Assembly (NCBI GenBank): GCA_036280295.1
Contig: DASURA010000369.1
Span: 1,341-65,340, forward strand
DNA length: 64,000 nt
Source: Hyphomicrobiaceae bacterium
GTDB taxonomy: Bacteria > Pseudomonadota > Alphaproteobacteria > Rhizobiales > Hyphomicrobiaceae
Direction of reading: 5' to 3'
Part shown: piece after piece, positions 10,981-18,367 of the stretch
Layout: the number at the start of each line of letters is the position of its first letter
Position numbering within the stretch: position 1 is the first letter of the stretch
Position numbers and translations under genes: made by a program
The notes under the pieces: model-generated
The model's input: the letters and a program-made list of their open reading frames with translations, nothing else
What the model was told of the DNA's origin: nothing
The model's database searches: none

Positions 10981-11007
10981 GGTGTCAGACCCTCAGGGTC
11001 TGGCACC
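10981..11007. repeat. REP family D hairpin between ureD and ureA
   Basis: GGTGTCAGACCCtcaGGGTCTGGCACC. The same hairpin type occurs at 25287-25312 and, degenerate, at 25339-25368. Confidence 0.7.
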
Positions 11008-11050
11008 ATAGCTACAACCGTTCTGCCTTGGTGTCGGATTTAGCACCAAC

Positions 11051-11866
11051 TCAGCATTGCCACACACGCGGCAGCGGACGGCCGGTGAGAGCGGCGATGA
11101 GCGGCTCCAGCGCCATCTGCAGCGTGCGCCCATTCTGGGCCACCAGGCGGGCTACCAGCAAGCCGTTCCAGGTGCTTGCCCCCGCCGCGCACGGTGCCGC
11201 ACCCAGAAGACCTCGCACCTCATCGAGCCGCGAGGCCGCATCCGGAGCGACCCAGAGCAGCATGGCAACCGCCCGTGCACCGTCCAGGGTTGCACCGCGG
11301 TCGAGAATACTGGCAACGGCGCCATCAACGCGGAAAGTATCGGCGAAGACCAGCCGGCCGTCACGGCGTATGCGCCAGGAGTCACGGCAGACACCGCGGT
11401 TCACCTCCTCGCCCATGGCGGAACGGCCGAACACCAGGCTCTCCACCGCCAGGAAGGTGGCAGTGCCGGCCAGGGCAATATCGGTGCGGCGATCGAGCTT
11501 GGCCTTGTCGAAGACGATGGTGGGCTGCGGCAGCCAGGCGAGGCGGGCGTGCTCATCCAGCTCGATGCGCACCCGGATCTCGGCTGCACCGTCAAGCGCG
11601 CGGTAGATCTTCTCGGCGGCGGCGGAGGTCAAGGTCGCCCCCGAGCAGGCACCGAGTGCCACCTCCATGTCGATGTGGTCGCCGCCGGTAAGCCCGCCGG
11701 CCGTATTGAGCAGCACCGCCTCGGGGTCCTGGCCGCCGGGCGGCTTCGGGAAGCGCACCCGCGCGGCACCGGATTGGCGCAAGCTGGCAAGCGCCGTTTG
11801 CCCCGCGGCCCGCACGAAGCCGAGCCGAACCGAGCCTTCGGTACGCGGCAGCCTGGCGGGCGGCAT
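11051..11866 (-). CDS. ureD: Urease accessory protein UreD (UreH)
   Basis: 271 aa. LLNTAGGLTGGD motif and overall UreD-like sequence; first gene of the ure block. Confidence 0.93.
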   Translation of the reverse strand: MPPARLPRTEGSVRLGFVRAAGQTALASLRQSGAARVRFPKPPGGQDPEAVLLNTAGGLTGGDHIDMEVALGACSGATLTSAAAEKIYRALDGAAEIRVRIELDEHARLAWLPQPTIVFDKAKLDRRTDIALAGTATFLAVESLVFGRSAMGEEVNRGVCRDSWRIRRDGRLVFADTFRVDGAVASILDRGATLDGARAVAMLLWVAPDAASRLDEVRGLLGAAPCAAGASTWNGLLVARLVAQNGRTLQMALEPLIAALTGRPLPRVWQC

Positions 11867-11887
11867 GCAGGTCTCCTATGTAAGGCA

Positions 11888-11970
11888 GGCTTAGCGCGCA
11901 GTGCGTAACCCACCGATTGCGCTCCACACAAATGTTGGGTTACGGCGCTTCGGGCCTAACCCACCCTACG
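11888..11970. repeat. REP family A (second locus) between urtE and ureD
   Basis: ggcTTAgcgcgcagtgcgTAACCCACC (left arm degenerate) followed by TTGGGTTAcggcgcttcgggccTAACCCACCCTACG. Ends 2 nt from the urtE stop, the same layout as 8167-8251. Confidence 0.8.
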
Positions 11971-11971
11971 T

Positions 11972-12667
11972 CTACACCGTCAAGTACCGCCTAACGTCCG
12001 GCTCCACCATGTCCCTGCCGTTGCCGGCCAGCACCACCTCGCCGCGCTCCATGACGGCGTAGGTATCTGCCAGCTCGCGCGCGAAATCGAAGTACTGCTC
12101 CACCAGCAGGATCGCAATTCCGCCTTGGTCACGCAGATAGCGGATGGCGCGGCCGATATCCTTGATGATCGAGGGCTGGATGCCCTCGGTGGGCTCGTCG
12201 AGCACTAGCACGCCGGGCCTGGTGACGAGCGCGCGGGCGATGGCGAGCTGCTGCTGCTGACCGCCCGAGAGATCGCCGCCGCGCCGGCCCAGCATGGTCT
12301 TCAGGATCGGGAACAGCTCGTAGAGATCCTCCGAGAGCTTGCGCTCCCCGGCCGGCAGCCGGGCGAAGCCGGTTTCCAGGTTCTCGCGCACCGTCAGCAG
12401 CGGGAAGATCTCGCGGCCCTGCGGCACGTAGGCGATGCCGCGGCTCGCCCGCTCGTAGGCCTTGAGGCCGGTGATGTCCTCGCCGTTGAGCAGCACACGC
12501 CCGTTGCTGGTGGGCTGGTGGCCGACGATGGCGCGGAGCAGCGAGCTCTTGCCGACGCCGTTGCGCCCGAGCACGCAGGTGATCCTGCCCGGCTCCGCGC
12601 TTACCGACACATGCCGCAGCGCCTGCGCCGCGCCGTAGTGGAGATCGATGGATTCGACTTTCAGCAC
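11972..12667 (-). CDS. urtE: Urea ABC transporter ATP-binding subunit UrtE
   Basis: 231 aa. Walker A GRNGVGKSS, signature LSGGQQQ, Walker B VLVLDEP, UrtE-typical EGIQPSII; last gene of the urt block. Confidence 0.93.
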   Translation of the reverse strand: MLKVESIDLHYGAAQALRHVSVSAEPGRITCVLGRNGVGKSSLLRAIVGHQPTSNGRVLLNGEDITGLKAYERASRGIAYVPQGREIFPLLTVRENLETGFARLPAGERKLSEDLYELFPILKTMLGRRGGDLSGGQQQQLAIARALVTRPGVLVLDEPTEGIQPSIIKDIGRAIRYLRDQGGIAILLVEQYFDFARELADTYAVMERGEVVLAGNGRDMVEPDVRRYLTV

Positions 12668-12690
12668 GACACCGAGCCCTCGTGCTTAGC

Positions 12691-12799
12691 GTCCCCTTCC
12701 CCCTTGTGGGGGAGGGACAGGGTGGGGGGGATCGCAGAACGTCGAAGGTCGGGGTTCCCCCCGCCCCTGACCCCTCCCCACAAGGGGGAGGGGAATCCC
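12691..12799. repeat. REP/MITE-like family B element (copy 2) between urtD and urtE
   Basis: GTCCCCTTCCCCCTTGTGGGGGAGGGAC ... CCCCTCCCCACAAGGGGGAGGGGAATCCC. The core (gcagaacgtcgaaggtcgggg) is inverted relative to copy 3. Confidence 0.85.
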
Positions 12800-12826
12800 G
12801 TCGGTGCTTTCGACAAGGACATCACC

Positions 12827-13609
12827 TCACCTTCCCAGATACACCTCGACCACACGCTCGTTGGCGCTGACCTCGTCGATGGAGCCTTCGGCCAGCACCG
12901 CGCCCTCGTGCAGCACCGTCACCTTCACGCCAAGCCGGCGGACGAACTCCATGTCGTGCTCCACCACGATCACCGTGTGGCTGCGGGCGATGTCCTTCAA
13001 CAGCTCTGCCGTCGTCATGGTCTCGGCGTCGGTCATGCCGGCCACCGGCTCGTCGACCAGGAGGAGCTTGGGGTTCTGGGCGATCAGCATGCCGATCTCC
13101 AGCCATTGCTTCTGGCCATGTGAAAGCGCGCCCGCGAGGCGGGCGCGATGCGGTGCCAAGCCGATGGTGGCGAGGATCTCGCCGATGCGCTCAGCATCGC
13201 CATTCGGGCGCCAGAACAGGTTGCGGCGAACCGAGCGCGCGCCTTCAAGCGCCAGCAACACGTTGTCCTCGACCGTATGGTTCTCGAACACGGTCGGCTT
13301 CTGGAACTTGCGGCCGATGCCGAGCTGGGCGATCGCCGCCTCGTCCTCCCGAGTGAGATCGATGCTGCCGTTGTTGAACAGCACCTCCCCCGCATCCGGC
13401 CGGGTCTTGCCGGTGATCACATCCATCATCGTCGTCTTGCCGGCGCCGTTGGGGCCGATGATGGCGCGCATCTCGCCGTGCGAGAGGTCGAGCGCCAGGT
13501 TGTTGAGGGCCCGAAAGCCGTCGAAGCTGACGCTCACGCCGTTGAGATAGAGCAGGCTCTGCGTGACCTCGCGCGGCCTGGCGATGGCGGGGTTGGACAT
13601 GGCTCTCAC
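12827..13609 (-). CDS. urtD: Urea ABC transporter ATP-binding subunit UrtD
   Basis: 260 aa. Walker A GPNGAGKTT, signature LSHGQKQ, Walker B LLLVDEP. GTG start at 13609 or ATG at 13600. Confidence 0.93.
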   Translation of the reverse strand: MRAMSNPAIARPREVTQSLLYLNGVSVSFDGFRALNNLALDLSHGEMRAIIGPNGAGKTTMMDVITGKTRPDAGEVLFNNGSIDLTREDEAAIAQLGIGRKFQKPTVFENHTVEDNVLLALEGARSVRRNLFWRPNGDAERIGEILATIGLAPHRARLAGALSHGQKQWLEIGMLIAQNPKLLLVDEPVAGMTDAETMTTAELLKDIARSHTVIVVEHDMEFVRRLGVKVTVLHEGAVLAEGSIDEVSANERVVEVYLGR

Positions 13610-14883
13610 TCCGCGGGTTGGGTCGCTGAACGATGGAGAGAAGCGAGACCCTTTCCGCCCGGCGCAACCGGTCCCCCTCCCCCTTGTGGGGAGGGGTTAG
13701 GGGTGGGGGGACTCCCGACCTCGAACGTCCCGCCGTCCCCCCCGCCCTGTCCCTCCCCCACAAGGGGGGAGGGGACCCCTGAACGAGCGATTGACTCGTC
13801 TCGCCGGCCTGAAAGCAGGCCGAGAACACCCTTCGGCAAGAAGATCGTCACCAGCACGAAGATGGCGCCGAGCACGAACAGCCAGTAGGGAGCGAGCGCG
13901 CCGATGGTGAAGATGGTCTTGAGGTAGTTGACGATGATGGCGCCGAGCGCCGCGCCCACCAGTGTGCCGCGGCCGCCGAGGGCCACCCAGATGACGACCT
14001 CGATGGAGTTGGCAGGGTGGAACTCGCTCGGGTTGATGATGCCGACCTGGGGAACATAGAGGGCGCCGGCCACGCCCGCCATGCAGGCGGACAGGGCGAA
14101 GACGCAGGTCTTGTAGGTCTCGACGCGGTAGCCCAGGAACCGCGTGCGGCTCTCGGCATCGCGGATGGCGATCAGCACCTTGCCGGCCTTGGAACGGACC
14201 ACCGCCTGGGCGATGAGATAGCCCAGCGCGAGAGCGATGGCCGAGATCGCGAACAGCACAGCTCGCGTCTCAGGCGCACGAACGGAGAAGCCGAGGAGAT
14301 CGTAGAAATCGGTGAGGCCGTTGTTGCCGCCAAAGCCGAAATCGTTGCGGAAGAAGGCAAGCATCAGCGCGAAAGTGAGCGCCTGGGTGATGATCGACAG
14401 GTAGACGCCGGTGACGCGGCTGCGGAAGGCGAACCAGCCGAACACGAACGCCAGCACGCCAGGCACCAGCACGATCATCATCACGGTATACGGAAAATGG
14501 TTGAAGCCGTACCAGTACCAGGGCAGCTCCTTCCAGTTCAGGAACATCATGAAGTCGGGCAGGATCGGATGCGCGTAGCTGCCGCGCGTACCGATCTGGC
14601 GCATCAGGTACATGCCCATGGCGTAGCCGCCGAGCGCGAAGAACGCGCCGTGGCCGAGCGAGAGAATGCCGCAGTAGCCCCACACAAGGTCGAGCGAGAG
14701 GGCTAGCAGGGCGAAGCACAGGTACTTGCCCCACAGCGCCACGGTGGTGGTGGTGATGTGGAACGGAGAGGTCTGCGGCACGAAGATGTTGAGGCACGGC
14801 ACGATGGCCGCCGCCGCCAGCAGAATGCCGAGAAAGACCCAGCCGCGGCCGTCTGTCGCCTCGAAGAGCTTGCGTGTGATCAT
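13606..14883 (-). CDS. urtC: Urea ABC transporter permease UrtC, with a C-terminal extension that reads through a REP element
   Basis: ATG at 14883 forms an ATGA overlap with the urtB stop. Begins MITRKLFEATDGRGW and has a polytopic LivM-like core. No stop codon until 13606, so roughly the last 60 aa derive from repeat copy B3. Confidence 0.88.
   Translation of the reverse strand: MITRKLFEATDGRGWVFLGILLAAAAIVPCLNIFVPQTSPFHITTTTVALWGKYLCFALLALSLDLVWGYCGILSLGHGAFFALGGYAMGMYLMRQIGTRGSYAHPILPDFMMFLNWKELPWYWYGFNHFPYTVMMIVLVPGVLAFVFGWFAFRSRVTGVYLSIITQALTFALMLAFFRNDFGFGGNNGLTDFYDLLGFSVRAPETRAVLFAISAIALALGYLIAQAVVRSKAGKVLIAIRDAESRTRFLGYRVETYKTCVFALSACMAGVAGALYVPQVGIINPSEFHPANSIEVVIWVALGGRGTLVGAALGAIIVNYLKTIFTIGALAPYWLFVLGAIFVLVTIFLPKGVLGLLSGRRDESIARSGVPSPLVGEGQGGGDGGTFEVGSPPTPNPSPQGGGGPVAPGGKGLASLHRSATQPAE
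13671..13789. repeat. REP/MITE-like family B element (copy 3), lying inside the 3' end of the urtC ORF
   Basis: GTCCCCCTCCCCCTTGTGGGGAGGGGTTAGGGG ... CCCTCCCCCACAAGGGGGGAGGGGACCCC. It is translated in the urtC frame as GVPSPLVGEGQGGGDGGTFEVGSPPTPNPSPQGGGG. Confidence 0.85.
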
Positions 14884-16580
14884 GCCTCGACCGCGCGGCC
14901 CTTGAGCGCAAACAGCCCGCGCGGCCGCTTTTGAATGAACAGGATGACGAGCACCAGCAGGGCGATCTTGCCCAGCACCGCACCGGCATATGGCTCCAGG
15001 AACTTGTTGGCGACGCCCAGCGTCAGGGCGCCGACCAGCGTACCCCAGAGATTGCCGACCCCGCCGAATACCACCACCAGGAAGCTGTCGATGATGTAGC
15101 TCTGGCCGAGGTTGGGCGAGACGTTGTCGATCTGCGACAGCGCCACCCCGGCGAGGCCGGCGATGCCGGAGCCGAGGCCGAAGGTGAGCGCATCGATGCG
15201 TCCCGTGTTGATGGCCATCGAGCTCGCCATGCTGCGGTTCTGGGTGACGGCACGCATATGCAGCCCGAGGGTGGTGTATCGAAGCGCGGCCAGCAGCGCG
15301 GCGAACACCGCGCAGGCGAAGACGATGATCCACAGCCGGTTCAGCGTGATGGCGAGTCCGCCCACCTCAACGGTGCCCGACATGAAGCTCGGCGTGCCGA
15401 CCTCGCGGTTGTTGGCGCCGAACGCCGTACGTACCGCCTGCTGCAGGATCAGGCTGATGCCCCAGGTGGCGAGCAGCGTCTCCAGCGGCCGGCCGTAGAG
15501 GAACTGGATCACGCCACGCTCGATGACAATGCCGACGACGCCAGCGACGAGGAAGGCGAGCGGAATGGAGATGGCGAGGGAATAGTCGAACAGGCCCGGC
15601 GCCCAGCCACGGATCGCCTCCTGGACAACGAACGTGGTGTAGGCGCCCAGCATCACCATCTCGCCGTGCGCCATGTTGATGACGCCCATCACGCCGAAGG
15701 TGATTGCGAGGCCGATGGCGGCGAGCAGCAGCACCGAGCCGAGCGACAGTCCGTACCAGGCATTCTGTGCACCGGCCCACATGGCAAGGCTGCTCTTGAT
15801 CTTGGCAATCGCAGCGGTAACCGCAGCTTGAACCTCGGCCGGCTGGCCTGCCGGCAATCCTTCGAGCAGGGACAGCGCGTCGAGATCGCCGCGCTCGAGG
15901 ATGGCGCCCACTGCCTTGATCCTGTCCACGGGGTTCGCGTCTGCCTTGTTGAGGATGACCGCGGCGCGCGCTTCGGTGAGGGCGCGCCTGACCTGCAGGT
16001 CTGTCTCCGCGCCGAGGGCCTTCTCCAGCGCGGGAAGCGCGTTCTCTTCGTGCGATTTGAAGACGGCCTGGGCGGCCCCGCGGCGCCGGTCCGGGTCGGG
16101 CGCCATCAGCATCAGGCTGCCAAGGGCGGCATCGATGACGATGCGCAGCCGGTTGTTGACGCGCACGTTGTCGATGTCGGCGGGCGCCTCGCCTGCGATC
16201 TCCTTGCCGGTGGCTGCGTCCGTGAGCTTGCCGGCCTCGGACTTGATGTAGACTTTCTTCTCGGCGGCGCTGAAGAGCAGGCGCGCGTCTCTGAGGGCCC
16301 CGAGCAGCGGAGCAGCCATCGGGCTGCCGCTGGCCGCTACCTTGTCTATGGCATCGCCGGTGTCGCTCAGCGAGTCCTCCGCAAACCCGGGCAGCGCATC
16401 CTCATAGGGGCCGGCGTAGGCCCGGCTTGTGACAAGGCCTATCGCCGCCAGGCCGATGCCGAGCGTGCAGAGGAGCACGGCGATGCAGTGTGAGATCCTA
16501 CGTAGCACAAGCAATGTAACCGAGCCCCGGCATGGCGTTGAGAGGTGGGAGGCGGCGAAACCGTGCCGCCTCCGGACCAT
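14880..16580 (-). CDS. urtB: Urea ABC transporter permease UrtB (long form with N-terminal periplasmic domain)
   Basis: LivH-like core (GVINMAHGEMVMLGAYT) preceded by a signal-like segment (CIAVLLCTLGIGLAAIGLVTSRAYA) and a domain of about 230 aa. Start uncertain: ATG 16580, or TTG/GTG near 16520. Confidence 0.85.
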   Translation of the reverse strand: MVRRRHGFAASHLSTPCRGSVTLLVLRRISHCIAVLLCTLGIGLAAIGLVTSRAYAGPYEDALPGFAEDSLSDTGDAIDKVAASGSPMAAPLLGALRDARLLFSAAEKKVYIKSEAGKLTDAATGKEIAGEAPADIDNVRVNNRLRIVIDAALGSLMLMAPDPDRRRGAAQAVFKSHEENALPALEKALGAETDLQVRRALTEARAAVILNKADANPVDRIKAVGAILERGDLDALSLLEGLPAGQPAEVQAAVTAAIAKIKSSLAMWAGAQNAWYGLSLGSVLLLAAIGLAITFGVMGVINMAHGEMVMLGAYTTFVVQEAIRGWAPGLFDYSLAISIPLAFLVAGVVGIVIERGVIQFLYGRPLETLLATWGISLILQQAVRTAFGANNREVGTPSFMSGTVEVGGLAITLNRLWIIVFACAVFAALLAALRYTTLGLHMRAVTQNRSMASSMAINTGRIDALTFGLGSGIAGLAGVALSQIDNVSPNLGQSYIIDSFLVVVFGGVGNLWGTLVGALTLGVANKFLEPYAGAVLGKIALLVLVILFIQKRPRGLFALKGRAVEA

Positions 16581-16692
16581 GTTGCGCACTCGTCGCAATC
16601 GTTCATCCGACTGACCGCCAGCGTGCTTCAGATCGAGAAGTGCGCTTCTCCACCCAGTCGCGCGCGATGGTGCGAACTTCTCGAACATCGCA

Positions 16693-17982
16693 CTAGCCGG
16701 CGCCACCGCACTTCGTGGTGGCCTTGTTGTAGTTGCCGCACTTGAGCTTGACCCAGTCGGCCTCCAGGTCCTTCGAGCCGGGCAGGAAGTCGGACCAGGC
16801 ATCGCCGGGGACCAGGCTCTTCGTCTTCCACACCACGTCGAACTGCCCATCGGCGCGCACCTCGCCGATCAGCACCGGCTTGGTGATGTGGTGGTTGGGC
16901 AGCATCTCCGACGTGCCGCCGGTGAGGTTGGGCGCCTTGATGCCGGGCAGCGCATCGATCACCTTGTCGGGGTCGGTGGTGCCGGCCTTCTCCACCGCCT
17001 TCACCCACATGTTGAAGCCGATGTAGTGGGCTTCCATAGGATCGTTGGTGGTGCGCTTCGGGTTCTTGGTGAAGGCGTGCCACTGCTTGATGAAGGTGGC
17101 GTTGACCGGCGCCTTCACCGACTGGAAGTAGTTCCAGGCCGCGAGATGGCCGACCAGCGGCTTTGTGTCGAGACCGGCAAGCTCCTCCTCGCCGACCGAG
17201 AACGCCACCACCGGGATGTCGGTGGCCTTGATGCCCTGGTTGCCGAGCTCCTTGTAGAAGGGAACGTTGGCGTCGCCGTTGATGGTGGAGACCACGGCGG
17301 TCTTCTTTCCGGCCGAACCGAACTTCTTGATGTCGGACACGATCGTCTGCCAGTCGGAATGCCCGAACGGCGTGTAGTTGATCAGGATGTCGTCTTCCTT
17401 GACGCCCTTCGCCTTCAGGTACGCCTCGAGGATCTTGTTGGTGGTGCGCGGATAGACGTAGTCAGTGCCCGCCAGCACCCAGCGCTTCACCGAGCCGCCG
17501 TCCTTGCTCATCAGGTAGTCGACAGCAGGGATCGCCTGCTGGTTCGGAGCGGCACCGGTATAGAACACGTTGCGCTCGCTCTCCTCGCCCTCGTACTGCA
17601 CCGGATAGAACAGGACCGAGTTCAGCTCCTTGAAAACCGGGAGCACGGACTTGCGCGACACCGAGGTCCAGCAGCCGAACACGGCCGCGACCTTGTTCTT
17701 GGTGATGAGCTCGCGCGCCTTCTCGGCAAACAGCGGCCAGTTCGAGGCTGGATCGACAACAACCGGCTCCAGCTTCTTGCCGAGCAGGCCGCCCTTCTTG
17801 TTCTGATCCTCGATCAGCATCAGCATCACGTCCTTGAGCGTGGTCTCGCTGATGGCCATCGTTCCCGAGAGGGAATGCAAAATACCGACCTTGATGGTCT
17901 CCTGCGCCCGGGCTTGTCCGCCAAGCGGCGCCACGGCCAGCACGAGCGCGGCCGCCGCAATCCTGAGGAAGTTGCGAGTCAT
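16693..17982 (-). CDS. urtA: Urea ABC transporter substrate-binding protein UrtA
   Basis: ATG 17982 with AAGGTGG RBS. Signal peptide MTRNFLRIAAAALVLAVAPLGGQARA. LivK-like periplasmic binding fold (IKVGILHSLSGTMAISE); heads the urt operon. Confidence 0.93.
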   Translation of the reverse strand: MTRNFLRIAAAALVLAVAPLGGQARAQETIKVGILHSLSGTMAISETTLKDVMLMLIEDQNKKGGLLGKKLEPVVVDPASNWPLFAEKARELITKNKVAAVFGCWTSVSRKSVLPVFKELNSVLFYPVQYEGEESERNVFYTGAAPNQQAIPAVDYLMSKDGGSVKRWVLAGTDYVYPRTTNKILEAYLKAKGVKEDDILINYTPFGHSDWQTIVSDIKKFGSAGKKTAVVSTINGDANVPFYKELGNQGIKATDIPVVAFSVGEEELAGLDTKPLVGHLAAWNYFQSVKAPVNATFIKQWHAFTKNPKRTTNDPMEAHYIGFNMWVKAVEKAGTTDPDKVIDALPGIKAPNLTGGTSEMLPNHHITKPVLIGEVRADGQFDVVWKTKSLVPGDAWSDFLPGSKDLEADWVKLKCGNYNKATTKCGGAG

Positions 17983-18047
17983 GAGAGTGACACCACCTTT
18001 TGATGCGAAAGCAAATTGCGGGTGCACCAGGCCCCCGGCAGTGCAAG

Positions 18048-18063
18048 AGCAATCGACGTGCCA
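18048..18063 (-). promoter_or_regulatory. Sigma-54 (RpoN) -24/-12 promoter candidate for urtABCDE
   Basis: The minus strand reads TGGCAC-GTCGA-TTGCT, a match to TGGCAC-N5-TTGCW. Its -12 element lies 66 nt upstream of the urtA ATG. Confidence 0.6.
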
Positions 18064-18367
18064 TGCGGAAAGCACGCGAATAACGCGCTGATAACAAAGG
18101 CAAATTATCTGCAGCTCACGACATGCCACCTGGCAACGATGCGAACCTGGCGCCTAAATTTTGGGCGATTGACCGCGCTTGCAGCGTGGGGCGCTCACAA
18201 AGTTTGGGCATATGGCGCGCACCTGGGCGCCGGCAACTTGGCAGTTGACCAAGGTTCCGGCACCGGCTCATGTGCGTATCGGGAAAACGCGCAAACGCCC
18301 TTTTGAAGGGTGCACGAGGAGCGGGCAGCCTGGCCGCTCCAACGATAGCGATGAGCGTTCCCGAGGG

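Noticed and set aside
18124-18135. Palindrome TGCCACCTGGCA upstream of the sigma-54 promoter, as a possible NtrC enhancer site.
   Set aside because: It does not match the TGCACC-N5-GGTGCA type of consensus well enough, and only a single site is present. I left it as an unassigned observation.
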